Shown here one piece after another: positions 28,213 through 37,422 of a DNA stretch of 64,000 nt; position 1 is the stretch's first letter, and each line of letters begins with the position of its first letter. The notes below the pieces were generated by a model. It saw only the letters and a program-made list of their open reading frames with translations. It was not told where the DNA came from and searched no databases. The stretch spans positions 1 to 64,000 of IMG/VR virus record IMGVR_UViG_3300013902_000010; one strand, given 5' to 3'. Source of the DNA: an uncultured virus (IMG/VR IMGVR_UViG_3300013902_000010) (Duplodnaviria; Heunggongvirae; Uroviricota; Caudoviricetes). The position numbers and the translations under genes were made by a program.

Positions 28213-28465
28213 AATGGGCATTGTTGCCTTCATACAATGGGCATTGTTGCCTTCATACAATGGGCATTGTTATATATCAGGAATGGGCATTGTTGTAAAA
28301 AAGTATAGGTATCACTTTCTAAAACCATAGGTATAGTTTCCGAAAAAGATAGGTATAGTTTTCGTCGAGTTTTCTGCCTCATTTTTCAAACGGCTAACCG
28401 ATTTTATCAAAAGGGTTAACCAATTTGATGAAATCGGTTAACCGATTTGAAGAAATCGGCTAAAA
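28213..28465. repeat. Three consecutive 22-23-bp period arrays
   Basis: AATGGGCATTGTT at 28213, 28236, 28259 and 28282. ATAGGTAT at 28305, 28327 and 28349. GGYTAA at 28392, 28414, 28436 and 28458. Confidence 0.9.
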
Positions 28466-28472
28466 CATACCC

Positions 28473-30296
28473 TTACTCCTGTCCCTGCTTTGCTACTCCA
28501 GTTTTCGAGTTATCGAGGGTAGTCAGCACCTCTCTGTCTATCTGCCAAACGAGATGCTCATCCCACTCGTTGAATCGGGAGATAACCTCCAGCGGTCTCA
28601 GCATCGCTTGCTGCATAGGAGCAAACTGGATTTGCTTAACCAAGAATCGCTCTCTAAGGTCGGTACCACCCGATGAAGCCGTGTCGCCAGGCGTGTTGCC
28701 GATAAGCTTGGCATCAAGACCCATGGCAAAGAAGATGATGCTCGAAATCTCCTGCAACTCGGTCTTGTCGGCATTCGCTTGGTCGTTGGCCTTGCTTTCG
28801 ATTTCCACGATTTCCCAAGCCTTGTGCTCCTTACCGTCGCTACCCGTGAAGGCGGAAGAGACGAGGGCTTGACCTGCATTGTCGGGATTGGCGAGCCATG
28901 TATTGATGGATGTGAAGATTTCGTTCTGAATCTCGCCAATGGTCTTCTTCTTGCTCTCGCCTTGCTGCTGATAGAGCTTGTTGATGTAGTCTTGGTGAAT
29001 GTAGATAACTCGACCGATGATGTTGCTGTTGCGCTTTCTCGTGAGTCTATCATCCACGATGGTGAAAGCATACTCAAAGATACTGCCGGCAAAGATGGAG
29101 TGCCAAGAAGCATCGGCATAGTATGGGCCACCATAATCTCTTGGCGACATGATGAATCGGGTAGGGCGTTTCTTTACGCTCACTCGCTTCTGTCTCGCCT
29201 CCCTAATGTATCGCTGCAAGTCTTTTACAGCCGATGTGGATTGCAAGAAAGGCAAGGCAGATATTTTTCGGTCTTCCTCTTTGAGGGTGTTGGCAGACTG
29301 GGTGGCATCGAGCCATTGATTAGAAATGTACGCATAGTTGATGCGATACTTGCTATCTTGTCGCTCCAGTCGGGTAGTAAAGATACTGCGATGTTTTAGC
29401 CCGATTGCCTTTGGCTTCCAGTTGGCTGTATCTACTGGTTTGCCATTATCGCCCAACTGACGTTGGTTCAACTGGATCTCTGCAAAACACTGCGACATCA
29501 GAGCCATATCGCCAGCCATATTGAGGTAAGTCTGCATCAAGTCGTTATCGTCGATGAATTGACGAACCCAGGCATTCGTCTCTTCCCATTTCTTCAAATC
29601 CTCTTTGAGAGATTTCATCTCATCGGAATCCTCTTCATCCTGGGCAGGATAGGAAAGGTTAAGAGATATAGGCTTTTCTTCTGAAGTATTATCAGATTCA
29701 CCCTGTTGCTGGTTCTGCTGCGCTTGCTCGGCTTGCTGACGTTCCAACTTAGCCTTTTCCTCCTGCGCCTTCAACTCGGCGATACGACCGCGAAGCAACA
29801 CGCCTGCCGTCTCGTAGGGGATATACTTCTCCGTGATGTTGCCACCCACATATTGTGTATAGTGATACTTAGGCATAGGACCGCGACCCACCAAGATTTT
29901 CTTGATGAAATCGTAGCCAGCCGCAGTGAATGGCGACATACGAGTAAGCAACCATACGATGTTAGGTTTGCGGTTGCCGAATCCCCATTCCATGTAGCCA
30001 AGGTCGGGTGTGCCAACATCCTTTGGCTTTGACAGGCTTTCGCCTCCGCTCGATGCGAAGATGGTAGATACCTGCTGCCGAGCTGCGCTGCCCTCGCCCG
30101 ATGCACTGCTGGCACTCATGCCGGCCTCGCTAAGGAGCATGGAGCGAACGTAGTCATTCCAAGAGAATACCTTGCAGCCGCCGTTCTTGGGCGACACGTA
30201 GGCATCAGGGCGCACGGCTACATAGCCTTCTCGCTTGAGTTCCTCACTACGATGTTGGAACTGCCGCAAGTTTGTGACTCTGTTTTTTCTTGTCAT
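28473..30296 (-). CDS. Portal protein (putative)
   Basis: 607 aa. WGFGNRKPN, WLANPDNAGQAL, IFFAMGLDAKLIG and SSGGTDLRE resemble Bacteroidota phage portals. Confidence 0.75.
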   Translation of the reverse strand: MTRKNRVTNLRQFQHRSEELKREGYVAVRPDAYVSPKNGGCKVFSWNDYVRSMLLSEAGMSASSASGEGSAARQQVSTIFASSGGESLSKPKDVGTPDLGYMEWGFGNRKPNIVWLLTRMSPFTAAGYDFIKKILVGRGPMPKYHYTQYVGGNITEKYIPYETAGVLLRGRIAELKAQEEKAKLERQQAEQAQQNQQQGESDNTSEEKPISLNLSYPAQDEEDSDEMKSLKEDLKKWEETNAWVRQFIDDNDLMQTYLNMAGDMALMSQCFAEIQLNQRQLGDNGKPVDTANWKPKAIGLKHRSIFTTRLERQDSKYRINYAYISNQWLDATQSANTLKEEDRKISALPFLQSTSAVKDLQRYIREARQKRVSVKKRPTRFIMSPRDYGGPYYADASWHSIFAGSIFEYAFTIVDDRLTRKRNSNIIGRVIYIHQDYINKLYQQQGESKKKTIGEIQNEIFTSINTWLANPDNAGQALVSSAFTGSDGKEHKAWEIVEIESKANDQANADKTELQEISSIIFFAMGLDAKLIGNTPGDTASSGGTDLRERFLVKQIQFAPMQQAMLRPLEVISRFNEWDEHLVWQIDREVLTTLDNSKTGVAKQGQE

Positions 30297-30336
30297 AGCG
30301 TTTTACTTTTTTAAATGTTATCCTGAATATTTATAT

Positions 30337-31428
30337 CTATTTACGTCTCATTTTCTCCATCTCCTCGTTTTCCTTGGATAGGCGTTCCAGGTGTTCGAGT
30401 ACCAAGGAGTAACTTTGGTTGTTCACCTGGTCTTCGGTCAGCCCTGCATACTTCTGCATCGTGGCAGTGGTGGCGGTGTAAATCTCCAAAGGTGCGCTTG
30501 GCTTCTGCTTTTTGGTAGGCTGCACCTTGAAGACGTGAGGGAATCGCTTGCTAAGAACGTGCATGGTACCCGTCCACCAAAACAAGATAACCTGCCATTG
30601 GTTTTCGGGAAATCCCTTGAAGTAGTCGGCATTCTCGGTGCATTGCAGGCTGTCGTAATGAAAACCTTTGCGCACCAATCCCGAATTGGCATCTAAATAC
30701 TTCACCTCGCCATTGAAGATAACTGCCAGGAACATCGCCTTGGCAAGTTCTACGTTCTTGGCTTGCTTCTCTATCTGCTCTGGGGTGAATTTTTTCATCT
30801 GTTGCATCTTGATGAGAGAGTTGCTAAGTTGGGTGTAGGTACCCATCATATCCGATGCAAAACGATATTGTGCCCAGGAGAAACCATCAAGATCCGTTCG
30901 CGGGCCACGGAATCGCTTTTTCTTTGCGAAGATACCTGCACCTTGCTTCTTGCGGCTTATCTCATCGTATGGGAACCAAGTAAGGAACATTCCGTTCTTG
31001 CTATCCATCCATCCCAAGATGTCGGCACCATGGGCAATGTATTCAGCCGATTGCTTGTTGTCGGTCTTTGCCTTCGGAGACAGCCAGTAGTTGATTTGCC
31101 AAAGGTAGAGAGGGAAGGAATCATCGGTAGGGTGATTCTTATCCGCAGGAGTAACAACTCTACAGAGATAGAATTGCTCGTCTTGTGGCAATCGGGTGTC
31201 GGGGTAGGCGAGTATCTCCAAGTTAGCCAAAAGGAAGAATGCCGCCAGCTTCACATTCTCCATGGAGAAAGGATGGTACCGGTCTTCTCGCTCCACTTGG
31301 TCGCGGAATATATCGGCTATTATTTCCAGTTGCTCTCGGCTGCAACCATTCCAATGCTTCGGAAGATTGAGGTCGATACGTCGGGAATCAAAAGGTGCTT
31401 GCATCTTACTGCCTGTAGGTAATGCCAT
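30337..31428 (-). CDS. Hypothetical protein (possible tail assembly chaperone)
   Basis: 363-aa ORF with a LPKHWN N-terminal motif, between lysin and portal. Confidence 0.6.
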   Translation of the reverse strand: MALPTGSKMQAPFDSRRIDLNLPKHWNGCSREQLEIIADIFRDQVEREDRYHPFSMENVKLAAFFLLANLEILAYPDTRLPQDEQFYLCRVVTPADKNHPTDDSFPLYLWQINYWLSPKAKTDNKQSAEYIAHGADILGWMDSKNGMFLTWFPYDEISRKKQGAGIFAKKKRFRGPRTDLDGFSWAQYRFASDMMGTYTQLSNSLIKMQQMKKFTPEQIEKQAKNVELAKAMFLAVIFNGEVKYLDANSGLVRKGFHYDSLQCTENADYFKGFPENQWQVILFWWTGTMHVLSKRFPHVFKVQPTKKQKPSAPLEIYTATTATMQKYAGLTEDQVNNQSYSLVLEHLERLSKENEEMEKMRRK

Positions 31429-31450
31429 TGTATTGATACTTTAATATTTT

Positions 31451-31530
31451 TGTACGTTAGTACTTCAGTACTTCTGTACGTTTATGCTTTTGTACGTTAG
31501 TGCTTTTATGTGTTTGTATATTCGTACATT
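31451..31530. repeat. Ten degenerate 8-bp tandem units (consensus near TGTACGTT)
   Basis: tgtacgtt agtacttc agtacttc tgtacgtt tatgcttt tgtacgtt agtgcttt tatgtgtt tgtatatt cgtacatt. Confidence 0.85.
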
Positions 31531-31536
31531 GCTACC

Positions 31537-32091
31537 TTAGCACTTTATGATAGTGCCTCTATTGGTAACAAGCGAGCCATACTTGATAGCTTCGAGTCTT
31601 CGCAACCAACCATTGATGAATCTTTTTTGCGAAGGATTGTTCTTTACAATGCCCTCATAGAATTGCTTACGGCGAGCCTTCAAGCGATTGAAGAACGTCT
31701 TAGGGTTCTGCCGATTGATAGCCGCAATCGTCTGCTTACCAGGGATGCCATCTGCTTTCAGCCCAAGCATCGACTGGGTGATGGTGATAGATGGCGTTCC
31801 GCTGCACCAAATCCAATCCACAAGTAGGTTGGCAATACTCTGGTTCTTGATTTCGTCCGCACGCCATCGCTTCCAATAACAGCGGCGCATAACTTCGGTG
31901 GCATCGGCATCGGTGATGAGCTTCAAATCATCCACGTCGATGTCGCCGTCGCCATCCTTGTCATAGCCTTGCATACGCCAGGTGGCGATGGTTACGCCTT
32001 TATTGGTCGCACCACCCTTGTCTTTCGGGTCGTTGACGAAACCTCCCTCAAAGGAGAGAATGAATTTTGCGATTGGTTCTATTTTTGCCAT
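31537..32091 (-). CDS. Endolysin, glycoside hydrolase family 108 with a peptidoglycan-binding domain
   Basis: EGGFVNDPKDKGGATNKGVT, ADGIPGKQT and QKRFINGWLRR. Start is taken at MAKIEP, downstream of the promoter. Confidence 0.92.
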   Translation of the reverse strand: MAKIEPIAKFILSFEGGFVNDPKDKGGATNKGVTIATWRMQGYDKDGDGDIDVDDLKLITDADATEVMRRCYWKRWRADEIKNQSIANLLVDWIWCSGTPSITITQSMLGLKADGIPGKQTIAAINRQNPKTFFNRLKARRKQFYEGIVKNNPSQKRFINGWLRRLEAIKYGSLVTNRGTIIKC

Positions 32092-32118
32092 AATCTTATA
32101 TTTTTTGTATTGATGATG

Positions 32119-32155
32119 CAAAGATAGAAAAAAGGATTTTTTTAGTGGGGACAAA
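32119..32155 (-). promoter_or_regulatory. Late-type promoter TTTGTCCC-N21-TATCTTTG (copy 3)
   Basis: Plus strand caaagata 32119-32126 and gggacaaa 32148-32155. Confidence 0.75.
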
Positions 32156-32252
32156 ACAGTGGAAGCCCCTTTGCGGCTACCATAGGCGCAAAGAAGCTTC
32201 AATATAAACATCAATCTTAAAATTACAAGTTATCCTGAACACTTTCCTTACC

Positions 32253-32753
32253 TTACATCTTGGCATGACTACTCATGTAATCCCAAACCTTGGTGCAATC
32301 ATCCTCCGATGGTTGCCAGTCTGCATCATGAAAATAGAAAAGATAAGCCGCCTTGATAATCTCTTCATCGGTCATATCGGCGCAAAGGTCTGCATACATA
32401 GCATTAAATGCTACATACTTATCCCAATCGTTCACTTTTTCGTGGAATTGCATTCCCTTGGTAGCATCCACTATCTCCGATTTCGTCCAATGCGCACCCA
32501 TACCTACAGACTCTCCCTTGCCATTGAGTTTGCTATGTACAAGGCGATTTACATCATGGTTAGCAAACTTCTCGCTGTAATGGCGGTCGTAAAGAATGGC
32601 GTGCTGATTTCTTAATATTTGCCAATACAACTCTGAATGGTCGTTCTCAAGAACCATCAAGTCGCAAGACATTTGTTCGATGGCTGCCCACATTTTCTTT
32701 TCTGAAGTAACGCCATGCAAGCGAGCCTGTTCTATCAACTGAATATATCTCAT
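32253..32753 (-). CDS. Hypothetical protein, gene 5 of the Cys-rich module
   Basis: 166 aa with GAHWT...NDWDKYVAFNAMYAD...FHDADW. Confidence 0.8.
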   Translation of the reverse strand: MRYIQLIEQARLHGVTSEKKMWAAIEQMSCDLMVLENDHSELYWQILRNQHAILYDRHYSEKFANHDVNRLVHSKLNGKGESVGMGAHWTKSEIVDATKGMQFHEKVNDWDKYVAFNAMYADLCADMTDEEIIKAAYLFYFHDADWQPSEDDCTKVWDYMSSHAKM

Positions 32754-32868
32754 GTTTTCTTCTACATTTTATATCACAAAAGTTCAACAATTCGGGCAGA
32801 TGCCCTTGAAATGAGGAATGACAGGTATCAATGTTTGATACTTACCCAAAGGCTGAAAGAAAGAAACT

Positions 32869-33219
32869 TCATCCTGCTTTCTTTCTTTCAACTTTCTTTC
32901 GTTCGTATTTTCTTTCTTGCTCATATTCTTTTTCCCGATTATATATCTTGGAGAACAACCTTTGAAGGATCATCAACAACAAGACAAACCAATTAGACAA
33001 ATAAGCCATGAGGATTGCAAGAGCGATAGCCCAGACTATAGTACAACCCTCGCAAAGCAAAGCTGCAAGCGACAACCAAAACGTAAAACATTGATTACAA
33101 CTTGCAACCTTGCTTAACACCTTAACCAATATCTCGGTTATCGCTTCTGCCAAACCAAGGTGTTGAATAAGGGTAGCCGCCATCATCATAGCGATGGCTA
33201 CAAACAGATACATCATCAT
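32869..33219 (-). CDS. Membrane protein with a CxxC motif (DUF1360-like), gene 4
   Basis: Three hydrophobic segments, SCNQCFTFW and a highly charged C-terminus. Confidence 0.7.
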   Translation of the reverse strand: MMMYLFVAIAMMMAATLIQHLGLAEAITEILVKVLSKVASCNQCFTFWLSLAALLCEGCTIVWAIALAILMAYLSNWFVLLLMILQRLFSKIYNREKEYEQERKYERKKVERKKAG

Positions 33220-33237
33220 CGCAAGGGGAACTTTACG

Positions 33238-33672
33238 TTACGCCGTGGCAATCGTGAGCGTGAGAGGCGCATCGCACACAAAGGTCTTACTGCATGACTG
33301 GCAAGACACTTTTGCGATACCATTCTGTATGCTACCCACCGATGCAGTGATGCCGCTAATAGCGGTTGCGCTAAAGACTGGTATCGTAAAGTCCTGGCTC
33401 ACCACCTGCGAGCGAGTGCAACAAGAGCCACAGCCGCAAGGTACATAACTGATAACTCCCTCTACATGCAACACAACAAGGTATTGCGAGGTTCCAACAT
33501 TGGCAATACTTTTGATGGTAAACTTAGGCGCAAAGACAGGAGTCTCGTCCGCACATGCCGGAACGCAAAGCTGTTGTGTGATATTGATGTCGTAATAAGG
33601 TGCAGTGGTGGAAGAGCCTACTGCAAGCGTGGCTATGATATTAGCCGGAAACGTTCTTTTGTTCATAATCAT
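33238..33672 (-). CDS. Cys-rich beta-strand-rich protein, gene 3
   Basis: 144 aa with CVPAC, CGCGSCC, CQSC and VC. Confidence 0.8.
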   Translation of the reverse strand: MIMNKRTFPANIIATLAVGSSTTAPYYDINITQQLCVPACADETPVFAPKFTIKSIANVGTSQYLVVLHVEGVISYVPCGCGSCCTRSQVVSQDFTIPVFSATAISGITASVGSIQNGIAKVSCQSCSKTFVCDAPLTLTIATA

Positions 33673-33704
33673 TTCTGTTTAAGTCGCCGAAAAGCTTTTC
33701 GATA

Positions 33705-34127
33705 TTAATGTTTTACTTGATAGCCCTGATTACTCTCTACTGGTAGATTCTTCTGAAGAAGGTCTGCGAGTTCATCGAGATCTTCTTCCTCGAAAGTAAC
33801 CAACCCCTCCAATACCGACAGTGGACCCTTGTAGCGAAGACTGTTCACTACATCATGAGCCATCTGCGGAATACTCTCTTCTGGAATGTTACCAAAATAC
33901 TTGGTAAGCATCGGGGTAACGAGTGCATTCACTACAGGTTGAATCATAGGTTCCATATCTGCTTGTAGGGAATAGCTTCCACTCACAAGCCCCATGCCAC
34001 CGATGGTAGCTTGCAGAGATTGCAACATAGGAAGGCGCATCAGATTGCCAGCGGCTATCTGAGAAATGGCAGGGCGTGCCCATTCGGACACGACCGCTGC
34101 CAAAATTTGGGAGTTCTTGTATTCCAT
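33705..34127 (-). CDS. Hypothetical helical protein, gene 2
   Basis: 140-aa ORF tightly spaced within the operon. Confidence 0.8.
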   Translation of the reverse strand: MEYKNSQILAAVVSEWARPAISQIAAGNLMRLPMLQSLQATIGGMGLVSGSYSLQADMEPMIQPVVNALVTPMLTKYFGNIPEESIPQMAHDVVNSLRYKGPLSVLEGLVTFEEEDLDELADLLQKNLPVESNQGYQVKH

Positions 34128-34139
34128 ATCGCCTAAGCT

Positions 34140-34658
34140 TTACTGATTACAAGCACATCCACATCCGCAACCCGTCTGGCAAACATTGCCCGACGGAATC
34201 ATCAACTTGGTAACACTGGTGAGTGCTGCCACCTGCGATTTAAGCACGTCGATGTTGGCATTGGCAGCGGCATTGTATGCCATCTGCTGTGCATTTACGG
34301 CTTGCTGTGCATCCTTGTTGGCATCCACTTTGTTCTCAAGCTGACGTACCTTGCCATCCAAATACTGAGTAACCTCCACCAATTTCTTATCGGTGTAGTT
34401 CTCGCTCTTCTGGATAGCAAGCTCTGTCTTGAGAGTAGAGTTTTCCTGAATAAGGTTCGTCTCGCTCTTAGTGACGAAACGAGCATCAGGGTCGGTAGGG
34501 TTGGCAGTCATACCATTGTTTCCTCGCCCAAGATTAAAAAGCGAGGCACCGCCGCCCAGCAAACTAGTAGCCAAACCAGCGATACCGAGGCCAAGGGCTG
34601 TGTTGCCCAATCCCTTGCTGGCAACATCGTAGTTACCATCATTCGTTTTTACCTGCAT
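34140..34658 (-). CDS. Glycine-zipper / coiled-coil protein with a Cys-Gly tail, gene 1
   Basis: GLGNTALGLGIAGLATSLLGGG, a long coiled coil, and C-terminal CQTGCGCGCAC. Confidence 0.85.
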   Translation of the reverse strand: MQVKTNDGNYDVASKGLGNTALGLGIAGLATSLLGGGASLFNLGRGNNGMTANPTDPDARFVTKSETNLIQENSTLKTELAIQKSENYTDKKLVEVTQYLDGKVRQLENKVDANKDAQQAVNAQQMAYNAAANANIDVLKSQVAALTSVTKLMIPSGNVCQTGCGCGCACNQ

Positions 34659-34699
34659 AACTTCATTGTATTAAATTCTTCCAATATCGGAATCGTATG

Positions 34700-34844
34700 C
34701 AAAGGTAAAGCGAAACAGGTAAACAGAAATGTGGTTTCCATTAAATGTCGTTGCAACAAAATTATAAGGAAGAAACGCTTATCTTATGATTATAATTTTT
34801 GATAACTCATCTTATATAATTATCAAAATTGATAACTCATCTTA
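34700..34844 (-). promoter_or_regulatory. Promoter (TACCTTTG) and candidate LysR operators of the Cys-rich operon
   Basis: -7 box at 34700-34707. ATTA-N7-TGAT boxes at 34789-34803 and 34819-34833. 16-bp direct repeat TTGATAACTCATCTTA at 34799 and 34829. Confidence 0.6.
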
Positions 34845-35747
34845 CATCGTCTCTTCCAAAGCGGCGATATAAGGTATTGCTTCTTCCTTGATAATGTCAA
34901 GGAAAAGTTGCGCAGAACGTTTCATCGGAACATCTTGCATATAATGTACGTTACTCACAAAACCTTGCTCAAGGCTTATGATAGGTCGAGCTACGAGGGT
35001 AGGGTGGTTCTTTAGATATAGCTTAGGCGCAAAGGTTATCCAATGCGTTTCCTCTACGGCTGCAAGGGCTTCATCAGGGTCACTTACGATACATCTTGCA
35101 TTTAGTTTGGTGAGGTCTCGCTGGATATAGCGTTGGCAAGTCTCAAACTCTCGCTCTCCGACATCTGGCATGACAACAGGATGTTTCAAAAGGTCTTCGT
35201 ATGCTAATTTATCCTTGTTGGCCAAAGGATGAGTATTACGCATGATAGTATAGATATGAAAAGGGATGCATGGCTTAGACTCAATGCCCTCATGCTTGTA
35301 GGCAGTATTCATCGTGAACGCAAGGTCGATGTTATGTGATCGAAGCGAACGGTTCAGAATATGTGCCTTATTGAAATCCGCATTGATAAGGACGTTAGGG
35401 TATCGCTCCATGAAAGTAAGTGCAGCTACACGTATATAAGGAGCGATAAAAGAACCAACCCCAATACGCAATTCGCCTGTGATGCAGTTGTTGATGGCAT
35501 GAATATGTTCCTTGCAGTCTTCCGTCTGCTTCAGTATCTCCTTGGCGCGAGGTAGCAAAGCCTCTCCGCTTTCGGTTAGCATGATGTCATGCGAGGTACG
35601 TATCAATAATTTGCAACCTAACTCATCTTCCAAAGCCTTGATATGTTGGCTAACTGCCGATTGGGTGACACAACAATAGGATGCAGCTACGCTAAACGAA
35701 AGCGTATCTGCCACATAAACAAACGAGCGCAAATGTCTTAGTTCCAT
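34842..35747 (-). CDS. LysR-family transcriptional regulator
   Basis: MELRHLRSFVYVADTLSFSVAA...TQSAVSQHIKALEDELGCKLLIR...LTESG, followed by a substrate-binding domain. 301 aa. Confidence 0.97.
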   Translation of the reverse strand: MELRHLRSFVYVADTLSFSVAASYCCVTQSAVSQHIKALEDELGCKLLIRTSHDIMLTESGEALLPRAKEILKQTEDCKEHIHAINNCITGELRIGVGSFIAPYIRVAALTFMERYPNVLINADFNKAHILNRSLRSHNIDLAFTMNTAYKHEGIESKPCIPFHIYTIMRNTHPLANKDKLAYEDLLKHPVVMPDVGEREFETCQRYIQRDLTKLNARCIVSDPDEALAAVEETHWITFAPKLYLKNHPTLVARPIISLEQGFVSNVHYMQDVPMKRSAQLFLDIIKEEAIPYIAALEETM

Positions 35748-35794
35748 ACTCTCTTACTTTTTAGTCTAAATGATAAATCAAATTTATATGACTG

Positions 35795-35849
35795 CAAAAG
35801 TAAATAAAATATTTCGTAAAACATTTGCGCTTGTATTAAAAATGCTAAT
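35795..35849 (-). promoter_or_regulatory. lysR promoter (TACTTTTG) with an ATTA-N7-TAAT box
   Basis: -7 box at 35795-35802 and a T-N11-A dyad at 35835-35849. Confidence 0.55.
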
Positions 35850-35889
35850 GATAGGATAAATTTTCGATAAAACATCATAGTTTATATCC

Positions 35890-36273
35890 TCATATCATAA
35901 TGCCATATCGCTCCTTCATTAAAAGATGTGCCCAATCTGGGAAGCCGTCGAGTTGCTCTTGGTATATTTCGATTTCTCGGATATATCTTTTTACGAGGGT
36001 GATAAACTTGGTATCGGGCTTCTCACCTCCCTGGATATGATATTTCTCCTGGGCAAACTGCATCTCTGCCATCAGCTTGTAGCTGGATGTGATTTGCTCG
36101 TTGCCTCCCTGGTCGGCATAGACGATTGCCATAGCCCTCGCCAGGTCGTCTCGCTTCACCATGGGCAGCTCGGCTGCATCAGCCGTGCGAAGGGTGGCGA
36201 GGTAAAACTGATAGTCGAAGCCTCGATCTTGCTTACTCGCGTCGTATATCTTTGTTTTCGTACTTACTTCCAT
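35890..36273 (-). CDS. Hypothetical protein
   Basis: 127-aa ORF, last gene of the early block. Confidence 0.7.
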   Translation of the reverse strand: MEVSTKTKIYDASKQDRGFDYQFYLATLRTADAAELPMVKRDDLARAMAIVYADQGGNEQITSSYKLMAEMQFAQEKYHIQGGEKPDTKFITLVKRYIREIEIYQEQLDGFPDWAHLLMKERYGIMI

Positions 36274-36277
36274 ATCA

Positions 36278-36571
36278 CTACTTATTTTTTCTCATTTTCT
36301 CGATTGCATCATTAAGACTGCCACCTCCAATAGGAATAAGAACCTCATCCTCTACATACTTCTTGCCACAGAAAGGGCAATATTCTGCCATCAGGTTTAC
36401 TTGCTGCCACTTATCTTGGTAGGTGCCATCTTTCTTTTGTTTATGATACAAGCCATAAACATTCATGCGAAGATTTCCATCTGGGCAGGTGATACCAGAA
36501 TCTACGCAACCGGTTTCGTTAGTTCGCTCCTTGATGAGCTTCTCGATATTTAATATACAATTACATGCCAT
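36278..36571 (-). CDS. Small zinc-binding hypothetical protein
   Basis: CNC at the N-terminus and YCPFCGKK. Confidence 0.75.
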   Translation of the reverse strand: MACNCILNIEKLIKERTNETGCVDSGITCPDGNLRMNVYGLYHKQKKDGTYQDKWQQVNLMAEYCPFCGKKYVEDEVLIPIGGGSLNDAIEKMRKNK

Positions 36572-36702
36572 AATTCAATCAATTTATTCGTTCACTAAAA
36601 AGTTCCGGACTACAGATAATTTCACCCATAATCTATAATCTTTAAACTTGATAAATATACTCCTTCAAAAAAAATGCGACATAAAACGTATGACTAAATG
36701 CG

Positions 36703-37422
36703 CTATCTTTTTCCGAAAACACTTTCCCATTTTTCGCAAGTAAGATGGCTAAGATATTCGTCACACGTCATGCTTCCGATCGCTTTGCCATTTACCACGA
36801 ACAATAGACCTAACATGTCGTTCTGATGGGTTGCAGAGAGAATTTCGAGACTTGGGATATGATAATATCTCCAAGGTTTCTTCATTCCTAATGACGATAT
36901 ATCCTTACCAAGAGCATACTCATATCGTTCGATGAGTGGGATATTACTACCATAAGGAAGAATGCATTTCGCCAACTTGCAAGCCGAGCGAAGGTGATCA
37001 CTCAAATCAAAATCCACAGTGATAGGAATACTATGCACGAAAGGATTGTCAAGCGGCAATGGCTTGGTACAACCTATACCTGATTCATCATCATTAGAAT
37101 TATCCGATATAGTCAGGTGTGTGCCATTCTTACATAACTCATCGAAGTCTATATGATTTTCATTCTCGTCGCCATCGCCCTTATATAGTCCGATGCCTTT
37201 GGTAAAAGATGCCGGCATCTTTTTTTTTGGTATAATCCAAACATCGGTGCCAAGCCCTGGGAATTTGGAGTCAGAAACATCGTCCCTATCCATCAGTTCA
37301 GACAGGGTGGGACATGCTGCAGTCTCCTTACCCACACGAGAGTTCTCCTTGAAACTCGCGTTGCCGCTATACGCTAATATTGCTTTTTGTAACTCCATAT
37401 CACTGTTCTTTTTTATTCTCAT
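36703..37422 (-). CDS. Hypothetical protein
   Basis: 239-aa ORF. Confidence 0.65.
   Translation of the reverse strand: MRIKKNSDMELQKAILAYSGNASFKENSRVGKETAACPTLSELMDRDDVSDSKFPGLGTDVWIIPKKKMPASFTKGIGLYKGDGDENENHIDFDELCKNGTHLTISDNSNDDESGIGCTKPLPLDNPFVHSIPITVDFDLSDHLRSACKLAKCILPYGSNIPLIERYEYALGKDISSLGMKKPWRYYHIPSLEILSATHQNDMLGLLFVVNGKAIGSMTCDEYLSHLTCEKWESVFGKR

Noticed and set aside
28213..28294. Possible mini-CRISPR array
   Set aside because: The conserved part is only 13 bp, the 10-bp intervals are partly identical, and no cas genes are present. It is a tandem repeat.
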